Under the pieces are notes generated by a model. The model did no database searches. It had not been told where the DNA came from and worked only from the letters and a program-made list of their open reading frames with translations. Source: an archaeon (GTDB taxonomy: Archaea > Iainarchaeota > Iainarchaeia > Iainarchaeales > 1-14-0-10-31-34). Taken from it: 32,000 bases of DNA. The stretch is from assembly GCA_024277355.1 (NCBI GenBank), contig JAJRVL010000005.1:60001-92000 (forward strand), given 5' to 3'. How positions within the stretch are numbered: position 1 is the first letter of the stretch; each line of letters begins with the position of its first letter. This document shows positions 8,670 through 22,607 of this stretch, piece after piece. The position numbers and the translations under genes were made by a program.

Positions 8670-10865
8670 TTAATCAAAAAAGAATTCTGCTTTTTTTGGT
8701 TCTGGATCCATTCCTTTTCTTTTTCTGATGTCAACAATAGTGTTGTGCTGTAATTCTCTTGGAAGCATTTCATATCCTGCATATTCTGCTGTCCAGATTG
8801 CTCTTCCTTGTGTTGCGCCTCTTATTGCTGCACTAAACCCAATTAATTCTTTTACTGGAGCTTTTCCAATTATTATTGTTTGATCTCCTTCGTGTCTCAT
8901 GTCAGTTATTTGTGTTCTTCTTGCGCCTAATTCTTTGCTTACTGATCCCATGAAATCTTCTGGAACAATAATTGATAAAGTTTGTTTTGGTTCAAGCAAT
9001 ACTGCATCTGACTGCAGCATGCATGCATAAATTCCTCTGGTAATTGCAGGCAATACTTGTGCTGGTCCTCTGTGAATTGCGTCTTCGTGCAATTTTGCGT
9101 CAGTTAAAACTACTTTTACTCCCTGACATTTTTCTTTTGATAATGGTCCTTGATTTGTTGCATCATTAAATGCCTGCATAACTAATTCTCTTACTTCAAA
9201 TAATGCTTCAATTCCTTTTGTTGCATTAACAATATAACAGTTGTTGTTTACTGTCCAAATTCTTTTTGCTTCATCTCTGTCTATTCCCATGTCAATAAAT
9301 TGCTGAACTAAATGCTTGTCTTTATCTCTTATTTTTCCTTGAATTTTTGATTCATTTAATTGTTTTAATATTTCTGCAGGAATTGGCTCTACATGCATAT
9401 AAAATTTATTGTGTTTGTTTGGTGTTTTTGCTTCATGTTTTTTAGGAGATTCTTTTGTTATTGTTTCTCTATATACAACTATTGGAGCACTTACTGTGAC
9501 TGGAATTTTATGGTCTACTTCAATTCTATGCTGTGTTACTTCTAAGTGTAGTTCTCCCATTCCTGAAAGCAAATGTTCGCCTGTATCCTGATTTATTGTT
9601 GCTTTAATATTTGGGTCTTCTTTTGTTATTTGTCTTATTGTTTCAATTAATTTAGGTAAATTTTTTGCTTCTTTTGCTTCAACTGAAACAGTCATTACTG
9701 GTTCAGCATTAGACATAAATGATTCAAATTCTTTCATTTTTAAAGTTGAAATTGTTTCGCCTGCATAAACTTCTTTTAATCCTACTAATGCTGCAATATT
9801 TCCTGCTGGAATTTCGCTTACCTGGACTCTTTCTGGTCCCATAAATAATGCAACTTGTTGTACTCCGATTTCTTTTTGTGATCCAATTAATTTTACAGTT
9901 GTTCCTTTTCTTACTGTTCCTGAATAAATTCTTCCTGTTGCTACATCTCCTGCATGAGGGTCAACACTTATATCTACAACCATCATTGCTAATGGTCCGT
10001 TTGGATCGCATGCAAGCATTGCTTTTCCTTCTTCGCTTTCTATTTCTCCTGTCCAAATTTTTGGTATTCTGTATCTTTGTGCAATTAAAGGATTAGGTAA
10101 ATGTTGTATTACTAATTCAACTATTGCTTCATATAAAGAACTTTTTTCTGCAAGAGTTTTTTGGTCTTTGTTTTTACAGTAATTGTATACATCTTTAAAT
10201 GAAATTCCGGTTTTTTTCATGTGCAAAGCTGATATAGCCCAGTTATAATAAGCTGAACCAAATACTACTGAACCGTTTTCTACTTTTACTTTCCATTTTT
10301 CTTTAAATTGTTCTGGAGCATTTTTATCTATTAATCTGTTAACTTGAGTTATTGTTTTGATAAATCTTTCCTGCATTTGTTCTGGAGTTAACTGTAATTC
10401 GTTGACTAATCTGTCAACTTTATTGATAAATAAACATGGTTTTACATTTTCTTTTAATGCCTGTCTTACAACTGTTTCTGTTTGAGGCATTACTCCTTCA
10501 ACTGAATCCACAACTAATATTACGCCGTCTACTGCTCTCATTGCTCTTATTACTTCTCCTCCAAAATCAATGTGTCCTGGAGTGTCAATTATATTAATTA
10601 AGTGGTCTTTGTCTTGATATTTTTGAACTATTGAAACATTAGCTGAATTAATTGTTATTCCTCTTTCTTGTTCTAATTCATAGTAATCCATGAATTGTTG
10701 TTTGCCTGCTAATTCAGTTGAAATTATGCCGGATGCAGCAATTAAATTGTCGGTCATTGTGGTTTTTCCATGGTCAATATGGGCAACAACACCAATGTTT
10801 CTGATGTGTTCTCTTGAATTCATGAATTTTTCTGCATTTCTTGCTACGTCTTCTCTTTTACTCAT
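8670..10865 (-). CDS. fusA: Translation elongation factor EF-2
   Basis: NIGVVAHIDHGKTTMTDNLIAASGIIS, DTPGHIDFGGEV, FINKVDRL, KLHEDAIHRGPAQVLPAITRGIYACML (the diphthamide-site context is retained). Confidence 0.97.
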   Translation of the reverse strand: MSKREDVARNAEKFMNSREHIRNIGVVAHIDHGKTTMTDNLIAASGIISTELAGKQQFMDYYELEQERGITINSANVSIVQKYQDKDHLINIIDTPGHIDFGGEVIRAMRAVDGVILVVDSVEGVMPQTETVVRQALKENVKPCLFINKVDRLVNELQLTPEQMQERFIKTITQVNRLIDKNAPEQFKEKWKVKVENGSVVFGSAYYNWAISALHMKKTGISFKDVYNYCKNKDQKTLAEKSSLYEAIVELVIQHLPNPLIAQRYRIPKIWTGEIESEEGKAMLACDPNGPLAMMVVDISVDPHAGDVATGRIYSGTVRKGTTVKLIGSQKEIGVQQVALFMGPERVQVSEIPAGNIAALVGLKEVYAGETISTLKMKEFESFMSNAEPVMTVSVEAKEAKNLPKLIETIRQITKEDPNIKATINQDTGEHLLSGMGELHLEVTQHRIEVDHKIPVTVSAPIVVYRETITKESPKKHEAKTPNKHNKFYMHVEPIPAEILKQLNESKIQGKIRDKDKHLVQQFIDMGIDRDEAKRIWTVNNNCYIVNATKGIEALFEVRELVMQAFNDATNQGPLSKEKCQGVKVVLTDAKLHEDAIHRGPAQVLPAITRGIYACMLQSDAVLLEPKQTLSIIVPEDFMGSVSKELGARRTQITDMRHEGDQTIIIGKAPVKELIGFSAAIRGATQGRAIWTAEYAGYEMLPRELQHNTIVDIRKRKGMDPEPKKAEFFFD

Positions 10866-10880
10866 TAGTATCCCTCTTAA

Positions 10881-11486
10881 TTATCTTGAGCTGATTGCAA
10901 TTCTTTCTACTTCGTTTTTTCTTTTAACTGAAAAAGAATTTGTATCGTTTTTTGAAGCTAAAATTAGTTCTTTTGCTAAAGTCTGGGCTGCATCAACTTT
11001 TTTGTTAAATGAAGATGCAAACGCAGCTAAAGCTAAATTCTTTAATGCTTCATCTATTCTTTTTAATGGAGATAAATCCACTGAAATTGTATAAGCTATT
11101 CCGCCTTTTTTTATTCTTGTAATGTCTTCTCTTGGAGCAGAATTTTCTATTGCTTTAACTAATACCTGCAAAGGATTTTGTTTTGTTTCGTTTTCTATAA
11201 TTAAAAATGCGTCTTCAATTATGTTCATTGCCTGTAATTTTTTTCCACAACTTTTTCTTCCTCTAATATATTTTCCTGATAATTTTCTTTTTCCTTGTCC
11301 TGAACGCATTACTTTGTTTATTAGTCTTTCAACTATGTTCAGGCTTCCTTTTGCAAATCTTTTTCTTGTTTTTTTTCCAAAAGTGTGTGGAATGATTTTA
11401 TCTTCAAAGTTAATGTATTTAACTAAGCTGATGTCATCTATTTTTACTGGTTCTGAATCCCATTTATCAAATAATAGTGTTTTCAT
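10881..11486 (-). CDS. rps7: Ribosomal protein uS7 (S7)
   Basis: RLINKVMRSGQGKRKLSGKY, VLVKAIENSAPREDITRIKKGGIAYTISVDLSPLKRIDEALKNLALAAFASS, archaeal uS7 type. Confidence 0.95.
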   Translation of the reverse strand: MKTLLFDKWDSEPVKIDDISLVKYINFEDKIIPHTFGKKTRKRFAKGSLNIVERLINKVMRSGQGKRKLSGKYIRGRKSCGKKLQAMNIIEDAFLIIENETKQNPLQVLVKAIENSAPREDITRIKKGGIAYTISVDLSPLKRIDEALKNLALAAFASSFNKKVDAAQTLAKELILASKNDTNSFSVKRKNEVERIAISSR

Positions 11487-11491
11487 TTTAA

Positions 11492-11923
11492 TTACCTTTT
11501 AACTTTTTCTTTTCTTCCTGATCTTAGCATTTCTAATGATTGATTGTTTACTTTTATTACTTTAAATTTTACTCCCCAAAGGTCTCCTTTTGCTCCTTTT
11601 TTTCTTCCTCCGCCGCCTTCAATTAAGACTTCGTCGTGTTCATCAATAAATTTAATTGCCCCGTCAAATGGAGCTAAAGCAGTTAATTGTTTTCCATTTT
11701 TAATTAACTGTACTCTTACACATTTTCTTATTCCTGAGTTTGGCTGTCTTGCTGTTACTCCTCTTTTTTCTAATACAATTCCTCTGGCTTGTGGAGAACC
11801 TTCCATTATGTCTTTTAGTTTTTTCTTTTTTCTTCTTGCCCTTATTTTTTCTTTTGGGTTTTTCTTTTTCCATTTTTTTCTTTTTTTTTCAAGACTTTTT
11901 GCACTGAATTCTCCTCTTGCCAT
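11492..11923 (-). CDS. rps12: Ribosomal protein uS12 (S12)
   Basis: [62 protein letters not shown], archaeal/eukaryotic type. Confidence 0.97.
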   Translation of the reverse strand: MARGEFSAKSLEKKRKKWKKKNPKEKIRARRKKKKLKDIMEGSPQARGIVLEKRGVTARQPNSGIRKCVRVQLIKNGKQLTALAPFDGAIKFIDEHDEVLIEGGGGRKKGAKGDLWGVKFKVIKVNNQSLEMLRSGRKEKVKR

Positions 11924-11927
11924 TGTT

Positions 11928-12341
11928 TCACCTTATTTTAATGTTTTCAATATTATAATTTCTTTTTAGTATTTCTTTTATTTTTCTTATTTTGTTTCCT
12001 TGGCTTAAAATTTTTCTTTTATTTTCTGCGTCAACAGACAATAAAAGAATTTTTTTTCCTTCTTCTTTGTTTTCTTTTATTTCTTTTATTTTTATTTCTT
12101 TTAGTGAATTTTTCACTAAATTTTCTGGGTTTTGTGTATAACCATAAATTTCAATGTTTTTGTTTAATTTTTTTCTTAATTTATTTATTGTTTCTCCTTT
12201 TTTTCCTATTGCAGTTCCGACATATTTTTCGTTTACAACAAAAATTATATTTTTGTTGCTTATTATACAGTCTCTTGCGGTAACGCCTGAGAAATTCTGT
12301 AATGCATTAATTAATAAAATTTCTTTGTTTGAAATTTTCAT
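11928..12341 (-). CDS. nusA: NusA-like KH-domain protein
   Basis: [45 protein letters not shown], with the KH-domain signature and conserved operon position between eL30 and uS12. C-terminal extension is short and charged. Confidence 0.88.
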   Translation of the reverse strand: MKISNKEILLINALQNFSGVTARDCIISNKNIIFVVNEKYVGTAIGKKGETINKLRKKLNKNIEIYGYTQNPENLVKNSLKEIKIKEIKENKEEGKKILLLSVDAENKRKILSQGNKIRKIKEILKRNYNIENIKIR

Positions 12342-12691
12342 TTCTTTTTCACTGTCTTTTTTGGTTTTCTGGTTTTTTTTGCTGTTTTTTCTTCTGGTTT
12401 GTTTATTTCAAGTATTTTTGATTTTCCTTTGTTTAATACTGTTAAAACTGAAACCGGAAAAGGTTTTCCGCAAACAGAACCCAATTCAACTGAAGTTCCT
12501 TTGAATTCATAAAAAGGAATTTCGCTTAATTTTGAATAATGTTCCAGTTTTTCTTTAACAAGTTTTTTTGTATTGGAACTAATAATAATTAATTCTCCGT
12601 TTCCCTTTAAAATGTTTTTCTCTGTCTGATTTTCGCCAAAATCGACTTTTCCTGTGTCAACTGTCCTTCTGATTTCAATGTTTATATTCAT
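12338..12691 (-). CDS. rpl30e: Ribosomal protein eL30 with Lys-rich C-terminal tail
   Basis: DTGKVDFGENQTEKNILKGNGELIIISSNTKK..YYSKLSEIPFYEFKGTSVELGSVCGKPFPVSVLTVL-type motifs. Tail [18 protein letters not shown]. Confidence 0.92.
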   Translation of the reverse strand: MNINIEIRRTVDTGKVDFGENQTEKNILKGNGELIIISSNTKKLVKEKLEHYSKLSEIPFYEFKGTSVELGSVCGKPFPVSVLTVLNKGKSKILEINKPEEKTAKKTRKPKKTVKKK

Positions 12692-12696
12692 TGTTA

Positions 12697-16556
<3,860 letters not shown>

Positions 16557-16560
16557 TTAT

Positions 16561-18375
16561 TTACACCTTGTCCTTAATCATTATTTTTGGCATTATTCCT
16601 AAAGATTTTAATTCATCTAATAATAATTTGAATCCATAACTCATTTCAACTGGATAAACTGCACTTGAATTGCATATTGGACAGTATTTTCTGTTTCTAA
16701 TTTGATCGTTAATTGCAACTATTCCGCATTTTTCGCAGATAATTTCAATTAATTTATCTGAGTCTTCAATTAATTTTTCCTGTAATAACATTGCAGCTCC
16801 GTGTCCTACTAATGTTTCTCCTTCCATTTCTCCAAATCTTAATCCTCCTTCTTTTTCTTTTCCTTCTGTTGGCTGTCTTGTTAAGATTTGGACTGGTCCT
16901 CTGCTTCTTGACTGCATTTTATGTGCAACCATGTGGAATAATCTTCTGTAAGCAACAATTCCATTAAATATTTGGCCTTCTAATTTTTTTCCGCTTAAAC
17001 CATCATAAAATGTTTCTTTTCCATCAGCTCTAAAGCCTGCTTCTTCAAGCATTTTTCCTATTTCTTGTCTTGAAACTGAACTAAAAGGAGTTCCATCAAT
17101 TTCTTTTCCTTTTAGTGATGCTGCTTTTCCGCCTAACATTTCAATTAAATGTCCTATGGTCATTCTTGAAGGAATTGAATGGGGATTTAAAATTAAATCT
17201 GGTTTTATTCCTTCTTCTGTAAAAGGCATGTCTTCTTCTGGAATAATTGAACCAATAACTCCTTTTTGTCCGTGTTTTGATGAAAACTTGTCTCCTACTT
17301 CAGGAATCATTAAGCTTCTGATTTTTATTTTAACTAATTTGTTTCCTTCTAAATCTTCTGCAATAAAAACTTTATCTACAAAACCTGGTTTTCCTTTTCT
17401 TACGGTCATTGAACTTTCTCTTCTTTTTTCTTGTACTACTCCAAATTCTGATACTTCTTCTAAAAATCTTGGAGGAGAAGTTCTTCCAACTATTACATCT
17501 TTTTCTGACACAAATTCTTCTAATTCAACTAATCCGTCTTCGCCTAATTTTTTATAGAATTCTTCTCCTAAAAATCCAATTGTTTCTTCTTTTGGGATTT
17601 CAAATTTGTCTATTTGACCGCCTGGATATCTTGTTTCTGCAGTTTCATAAGTTCTAAAATAAGCACTTCTTCCAATTCCTCTGTCTACTGCTCCCTGATT
17701 TAATATTACGGCATCTAAAGTATTAAATCCATAATAAGGCATTATTGCTACAACGAGATTTTGTAATTGAGGTCTTTTATCTAATTCCATTAAATCGCTG
17801 GTTTTTGTTTTAACTATTGCTTTTTGAGGATAATGTAATAAGTGGCCTTCAGTATCAGTTCTTAAATTATAATTTATTCCTGGAATTCCTAATGCTTGTT
17901 TAAACATTTTTGCTCCATGCAATGATTTTCCAGCCATGTTGTGTTCTAAATAAGGAATTAATGAACTTACAACAGATAAAATTCCTGCTGAATCAATTTC
18001 CATATGAGTGTGTTTTTTTGTTATTTCTTCTTCGCTTGTTGCAATTAAAGTGTTTTCTTCTTCTTCTGCATCTAAGTATTCAATTATTCCTTCTTTTAGT
18101 AATACATTCCAATTAGTTTTTCCTTCTTTTAATGCTTTAATATGTTCTTCTTTTATTTTTAGTTTTCCGTTTTCTATTATTAACACAGGTCTTTGAACTC
18201 TTCCTGCATCTGAATTAATATAAACTTCTCTTGTGTCTTCGTGGAATGCAATATTAACCTGAGGATGGATTTTTCCTTTTCTTCTTTGCTGAATTAATTC
18301 TTTAGTTAATTGTTCTGGTTCTTTATGAAAACCAATCAATCTTCCGTTAATATATACTTTTACTGCTGAAACCAT
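16561..18375 (-). CDS. rpoB1: DNA-directed RNA polymerase subunit B' (C-terminal half of B)
   Basis: GDKFSSKHGQKGVIG, DLILNPHSIPSRMTIGHLIEMLGGK, GEMEGETLVGHGAAMLLQEKL, C-terminal zinc-binding Cys pairs CEKCG and CPICN. Confidence 0.97.
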   Translation of the reverse strand: MVSAVKVYINGRLIGFHKEPEQLTKELIQQRRKGKIHPQVNIAFHEDTREVYINSDAGRVQRPVLIIENGKLKIKEEHIKALKEGKTNWNVLLKEGIIEYLDAEEEENTLIATSEEEITKKHTHMEIDSAGILSVVSSLIPYLEHNMAGKSLHGAKMFKQALGIPGINYNLRTDTEGHLLHYPQKAIVKTKTSDLMELDKRPQLQNLVVAIMPYYGFNTLDAVILNQGAVDRGIGRSAYFRTYETAETRYPGGQIDKFEIPKEETIGFLGEEFYKKLGEDGLVELEEFVSEKDVIVGRTSPPRFLEEVSEFGVVQEKRRESSMTVRKGKPGFVDKVFIAEDLEGNKLVKIKIRSLMIPEVGDKFSSKHGQKGVIGSIIPEEDMPFTEEGIKPDLILNPHSIPSRMTIGHLIEMLGGKAASLKGKEIDGTPFSSVSRQEIGKMLEEAGFRADGKETFYDGLSGKKLEGQIFNGIVAYRRLFHMVAHKMQSRSRGPVQILTRQPTEGKEKEGGLRFGEMEGETLVGHGAAMLLQEKLIEDSDKLIEIICEKCGIVAINDQIRNRKYCPICNSSAVYPVEMSYGFKLLLDELKSLGIMPKIMIKDKV

Positions 18376-18379
18376 TTTA

Positions 18380-19846
18380 TCACAATTTTTTCAGTTTTAC
18401 GCCCATTTCATCCAGCATTTTTTCTACTGGTTCTTCAGGGGTGTCAACTGTAACCTCTGCTAATATACTTAAATTTTTAACTAAACCGCATTGAGGTCCG
18501 TCTGGAGTTTCAATTGGGTCTAATCTTCCCCAATGAGTTCCATGAACATCTCTTGCTTCATATAATTCTCTGTTTTTATCTAATGGGCTTTTGACTTTTC
18601 TTAAGTCAGTTAATGGAGCTAAATAATTAACTCTTTCCATGAATTTTGAAACACCTGTTGCTCTGCCAATCCAGTTTCCTGTTGACATTGCAAACCTGAT
18701 TCTTTCGCTTATTGCTCCAGGTCTTACAACAGTTGAAATATTTAATTTTCTTCTTCTTGTTACTGTTCTGTCAATCTGGAATTTTAAGTCTTTAATAAAA
18801 TATTTAAATGAATATCTAAACAAGTGTTCCATTAATTTTCCGCTTAATTCTAATCTTTTGTTTTTGTAATGGTCTTTGTCGTCTTCTTTTCTTATCCCAT
18901 AACTTAATTCAATTGATTTTGTTGCCATCATAGCTAAATAATATGCTTTAGCTAATCTGTCTTCTGCTCTTTGACCAATATGCGGAAGCAAAAAAGCATC
19001 AATTACTTCTTTTGCTCTTCTTAATCTGTATTCGATTACTTGTCCTGGTGCTACATATTTTCCTATTTTATCTAATGCATCATTTTCTTTTTTGATGTCA
19101 TCTAATTCTAAATTTAATAAAATGTCATTTGTTATTTCTTTTTCATTAGGGAAAGCGCCAATAATATCTTTGTCGTTTACTAATCCAAGTGCTTTAAGTA
19201 ATACAAATAATCTTAATTTTCTTGGAGAAGAAGGAAAAGTTACATATAATACTCCATCAATACTTCTTGTAATTCTTACTCTTCCTTTAAATGCGCCTTT
19301 GGTTGAAATTACTTCTGCAATCCATTTATCTAATTGAGTTGAAACTAAAACTCTGTCTGAAGACAATACTTCTTGTGTCATTAATGCTTTTTCTGAACCA
19401 TTGATAATAAAGTAAGCTCCAAAGTCCATTGGGTCTTCTCCTGATTCAGTTAATTCTTCTTCATTTAATCCTTCAAGCCAGCATCTGTTTGATTTAAGCA
19501 TTACTGGAAGTTCTCCAATATACGCTCTTTTTTCGTCTTGTTCTACATCTCTTCTAAGTAATTTCATTGTTAAAAATAAGGGTCCTGAATAAGTTCTGTT
19601 TCTTGTTCTTGCTTCCATTGGAAAAAAATTAGCTCTAGGACTTCCATCTGCTTCAATTATTTTTGGTTTTAATACTTCAATGTTTTCTAATTCAATTTTT
19701 ACTTCTTCAATTTTAGGAACAATAGTTTTGTTTTCTTCTACTATTTCGTCTAATTTAACATCAACAAACTGATTAAATGAATCAATTTCCTGTTGGGCAA
19801 TGTTTTTTGTATTAAAATAAGATTTAATTAAAGGCCAGCCATTCAT
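18380..19846 (-). CDS. rpoB2: DNA-directed RNA polymerase subunit B'' (N-terminal half of B)
   Basis: NPMDFGAYFIINGSEKALMTQE-like segment, RRKLNISTVVRPGAISERIRFAMSTGNWIGRATGVSKFMERVNYLAPLTDLRKVKSP and HGTHWGRLDPIETPDGPQCGLVKNLS. Confidence 0.97.
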   Translation of the reverse strand: MNGWPLIKSYFNTKNIAQQEIDSFNQFVDVKLDEIVEENKTIVPKIEEVKIELENIEVLKPKIIEADGSPRANFFPMEARTRNRTYSGPLFLTMKLLRRDVEQDEKRAYIGELPVMLKSNRCWLEGLNEEELTESGEDPMDFGAYFIINGSEKALMTQEVLSSDRVLVSTQLDKWIAEVISTKGAFKGRVRITRSIDGVLYVTFPSSPRKLRLFVLLKALGLVNDKDIIGAFPNEKEITNDILLNLELDDIKKENDALDKIGKYVAPGQVIEYRLRRAKEVIDAFLLPHIGQRAEDRLAKAYYLAMMATKSIELSYGIRKEDDKDHYKNKRLELSGKLMEHLFRYSFKYFIKDLKFQIDRTVTRRRKLNISTVVRPGAISERIRFAMSTGNWIGRATGVSKFMERVNYLAPLTDLRKVKSPLDKNRELYEARDVHGTHWGRLDPIETPDGPQCGLVKNLSILAEVTVDTPEEPVEKMLDEMGVKLKKL

Positions 19847-20061
19847 TTAACCACCATTCTGTAATAAATAGTTTTTCCTGCAGTAGGAGTCTCTCTTGTA
19901 ATTCTGATTAAGTTTCCTTTTTCTGCACCTAATTCTTCAATTACAGGATCAGACAAAAGAATTTGAGGAAATTTTTCTTTTTTTCCACCGAATTTTTTTA
20001 TTATTTCTTCTGTTTCTTCTTCTTGAACAATTTCATGAATTGGAACAATTAAATGATTCAT
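19843..20061 (-). CDS. rpoH: DNA-directed RNA polymerase subunit H
   Basis: MNHLIVPIHEIVQEEETEEIIKKFGG..FPQILLSDPVIEELGAEKGNLIRITRETPTAGKTIYYRMVV. Start moved from 20085 to ATG at 20061. Confidence 0.93.
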   Translation of the reverse strand: MNHLIVPIHEIVQEEETEEIIKKFGGKKEKFPQILLSDPVIEELGAEKGNLIRITRETPTAGKTIYYRMVVK

Positions 20062-20305
20062 TATAGAACTTAACTTTTTTATCAAGAGACCATCTCCGAG
20101 AGAAAAATTTTTTTTTGAGAGAATATAAAATAAATTTAAATCATGAATTGAATACTTAATGATTTAAATCAAAAGCCATGAAAATGACTAAGTAATGTAA
20201 GTCTAACAAATTAGCTTCAGAAAAGAATTTAAAGCATTATGTTTACTTTGTTTTTTTGCTATTTAAGCTATTATTTTTTTAATCTGATTTTCCTTTTATT
20301 CTATT

Positions 20306-20962
20306 ATGAATACTTTTCCTGAAAAAGATTTTTATCTTTTGCTTATTATTGCAAAAAAATCGGAATTAAATAATTCAATTAAAGCTTCAACTTCAGAACT
20401 TGCATTAGACTTGAATATTTCTCAACAGTCTGTTTCAAGAAAACTTTCTTTTTTGGCTGAAAAAGAATTAATTGAAAGAAAAGTTTTAGCTTCAGGAAAT
20501 ATTATTTCTTTAACTGAAAAAGGAAAAAATTTTTTACTTAAAAGAAAGAATGAATTAGACAAAATTTTTTCTTCAAAAAAAAACAATAAGCTTTCAGGCA
20601 AAGTAAAATCAGGATTAGGAGAAGGAAAATATTACATTAATCTTCCAGGATATCAAAATCAATTCAAAAAAAAATTAGGAAACAGGGTTTTTCCCGGAAC
20701 ATTAAATATTAAAATAAATGAATTTGAATTAAATGATTTTCTTTCAGAGAAAAAAAAGATTTCAATTAAAGGTTTTTCTGATAAACAAAGAAGTTTTGGT
20801 CCGGCTTTTGTTTTCAAAGTAAAATTAAACGGCAGAATTGATGCTGCTGTAATAATTCCTGAAAGAACTAATCATCCTGAAAATATTCTTGAATTAATTT
20901 CTTCTTTTAATTTAAGGAAAAAATTAAAATTAAAAGACAATGCTTTAGTTTTTGTTTCTTAG
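20306..20962 (+). CDS. ribK: CTP-dependent riboflavin kinase with N-terminal winged-helix domain (RbkR-like)
   Basis: N-terminal HTH (STSELALDLNISQQSVSRKLSFLAEKELIER), then kinase-domain segments SGLGEGKYYINLPGYQNQFKKKLGNRVFPGTLNIKI and AAVIIPERTNHPENILELIS. Confidence 0.9.
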   Translation: MNTFPEKDFYLLLIIAKKSELNNSIKASTSELALDLNISQQSVSRKLSFLAEKELIERKVLASGNIISLTEKGKNFLLKRKNELDKIFSSKKNNKLSGKVKSGLGEGKYYINLPGYQNQFKKKLGNRVFPGTLNIKINEFELNDFLSEKKKISIKGFSDKQRSFGPAFVFKVKLNGRIDAAVIIPERTNHPENILELISSFNLRKKLKLKDNALVFVS

Positions 20963-21453
20963 TTTTTTTTGAATGACTTTTTCATTTTGTTCAAAAAAGA
21001 TTCTTTTTTCTTTTTTTCATTTTTTCTTCCTGTAAACTGAATTCTTCCTAATTCTTTTTCTGTTTCTTCAACTAATTTATTTACTTTTTCTGTTAATTTA
21101 TCTTTTTTTAGTTCTGCATCTTCATCTGTTTTAAGCAATCCAATCATTTTTTCAATTGCTTTTTCTTGTTTTGTTTTGAATTCGTTTTTTTCTTGTTTTT
21201 GATCAAACTTTTTTGAAAAAGTTTGTTGGCCAATTGCTTTTTCTTGTTTTGTTTTGAATTCGTTTTTTTCTTGTTTTATTTCAGGTTCTTTATTTTCTGT
21301 TTTTTGCTCCTGTATTTCTTTGTCTTGTTTAACTTTTAATTTGTTTTCTTGTTCTGTTTTTTCTGTTTTTGTTTCTTCTTTTTGAGTTTTCTTTCCTTTA
21401 ATTAAATCTATCATTTCATTTATTTCTTCTTCTTGTTTTTTTTCTTCACTCAT
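20959..21453 (-). CDS. Hypothetical Lys/Glu/Gln-rich, probably coiled-coil or disordered protein with internal duplication
   Basis: Low-complexity charged sequence; segment KQEKNEFKTKQEKAI occurs twice; basic C-terminal end. Confidence 0.65.
   Translation of the reverse strand: MSEEKKQEEEINEMIDLIKGKKTQKEETKTEKTEQENKLKVKQDKEIQEQKTENKEPEIKQEKNEFKTKQEKAIGQQTFSKKFDQKQEKNEFKTKQEKAIEKMIGLLKTDEDAELKKDKLTEKVNKLVEETEKELGRIQFTGRKNEKKKKESFLNKMKKSFKKN
21153..21277. repeat. Two copies of a 47-nt direct repeat, 78 nt apart (21153-21199 and 21231-21277)
   Basis: Both copies read caattgctttttcttgttttgttttgaattcgtttttttcttgtttt on the plus strand. Offset of 78 nt equals 26 codons, so frame is preserved. Confidence 0.9.
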
Positions 21454-21464
21454 TTTTTTCCCTT

Positions 21465-22394
21465 TTATTCAATTTTTAAGTAATTTTTTAATTCCATTTT
21501 TTTATTGAAAACAACATGGTATTTTCTTATTTTAATCATTACTTCTGCTTCATATCCTAACGGAGTTTTTTCAAAATTAAGTATTTGGATTTCTGTTGTT
21601 GCTAAACCATTAGTTAACTCTTTTTTCATTCTTTGTTTTATATCTTTTTCCAAACGTGGAAATAATTCTTCAGGATTTCTTTTTCTCCAGACAACAAATA
21701 TGACTCCTGTTGCAACAAGCAGAATAAATCCTGCTGCAACAAGCAGGAAAGGAAAATCTGCTGGTTTTTCTTTTCTGAATTCTATTCGAATATAATTTGC
21801 ATCAATGTTTTTTGTATCATAAAACAGTATAAACCCGTCTTTAATTGAATATCTTTCAGGATTAATTTCAACAATTTCTCCTCTGACTTTAATCCTTAAA
21901 TTTTCTTTGCTTATTTCAGGAGAAAAATAATCTTTTATTTCCGGTTCAATTATCAAAATAAACTGCTCTTTGTTTACGTCAATTAATGCAAACCCGTCTT
22001 TTATTTTGCTTAATTCTTTTATTATTTCTCTTGAATTGTCAAAACTTAATTTTAGTTTTCCATAATATTCATCTTTTTCCATTGTGCATTGAAATGAATT
22101 TTTTACTTCTTTTAAAAAAATTAATTCTGCTTTTGCAGTGTCTCTTGTGTCTTTGTCTAAGCTGTTAATGTTTGCTTCTAATGATGCTTCAGTTGAAGGA
22201 AAAAGTTTCTTTAATTCTTTTTTGCAGTCTTTAATTTCTTTTCCTTTTTCTGTTAGTTTTCCTTCATAAGTTAATTCAGTTGAAATTATTTCTTCTTTTA
22301 TTTCAATAGTAGTCGTTTTTTCTGCTGACTCAAAATAACTAATGCATCCGCTGAATAAAAGCAGTAAAATTAATACAGGGATTATTTTTTTCAT
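21465..22394 (-). CDS. Putative lipoprotein with C-proximal TM helix and cytoplasmic tail
   Basis: MKKIIPVLILLLLFSGCISYFES with lipobox-like LLFSGC; TM segment FPFLLVAAGFILLVATGVIFVVW; charged 60+ residue tail. Confidence 0.75.
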   Translation of the reverse strand: MKKIIPVLILLLLFSGCISYFESAEKTTTIEIKEEIISTELTYEGKLTEKGKEIKDCKKELKKLFPSTEASLEANINSLDKDTRDTAKAELIFLKEVKNSFQCTMEKDEYYGKLKLSFDNSREIIKELSKIKDGFALIDVNKEQFILIIEPEIKDYFSPEISKENLRIKVRGEIVEINPERYSIKDGFILFYDTKNIDANYIRIEFRKEKPADFPFLLVAAGFILLVATGVIFVVWRKRNPEELFPRLEKDIKQRMKKELTNGLATTEIQILNFEKTPLGYEAEVMIKIRKYHVVFNKKMELKNYLKIE

Positions 22395-22430
22395 TTAATA
22401 GAATTAGTTCTGTCAAATTAATAAACTTTA

Positions 22431-22607
22431 TTATAAGCGCATAAACGCAATTACGCCAAAACTGATGAAAATATAAGATAAAACCATTCCCTGTGTGCTG
22501 AAAATTAATTCATTAAAAAAAGAAATTTCAAGCAGGTTTAATGCTATTAAAACCATATAAAATAAAATCCAGAAAAAAAGCCCCTGAACCATTGAATTTT
22601 TTATCAT
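22431..22607 (-). CDS. Small membrane protein, 58 aa (not in supplied ORF track); member B-short of duplicated cassette
   Basis: Manual translation: MIKNSMVQGLFFWILFYMVLIALNLLEISFFNELIFSTQGMVLSYIFISFGVIAFMRL. ATG directly abuts the stop of the upstream ORF (TAA-ATG); paralogous to 22970-23140. Confidence 0.75.
   Translation of the reverse strand: MIKNSMVQGLFFWILFYMVLIALNLLEISFFNELIFSTQGMVLSYIFISFGVIAFMRL

Noticed and set aside
11544-11969. 141-aa plus-strand ORF over rps12
   Set aside because: Antisense to the highly conserved uS12 gene; hydrophobic Phe/Leu-rich composition is typical of the reverse complement of Lys-rich codons.
16561-19846. Split rpoB read as a frameshift or assembly error
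   Set aside because: Both halves have their own start and stop, a 4-nt gap and no remnant sequence; the B''/B' split is a known arrangement in many archaea.
20086-20305. Possible C/D-box sRNA or riboswitch between rpoH and the riboflavin kinase gene
   Set aside because: No convincing C box (RTGATGA) plus D box (CTGA) pair or extended conserved stems could be found by eye; only TATA-like promoter sequence is supported.
21153-21277. Possible CRISPR-like repeat-spacer
   Set aside because: Only two copies, inside an open frame with codon-multiple spacing and low-complexity sequence; no cas genes nearby.
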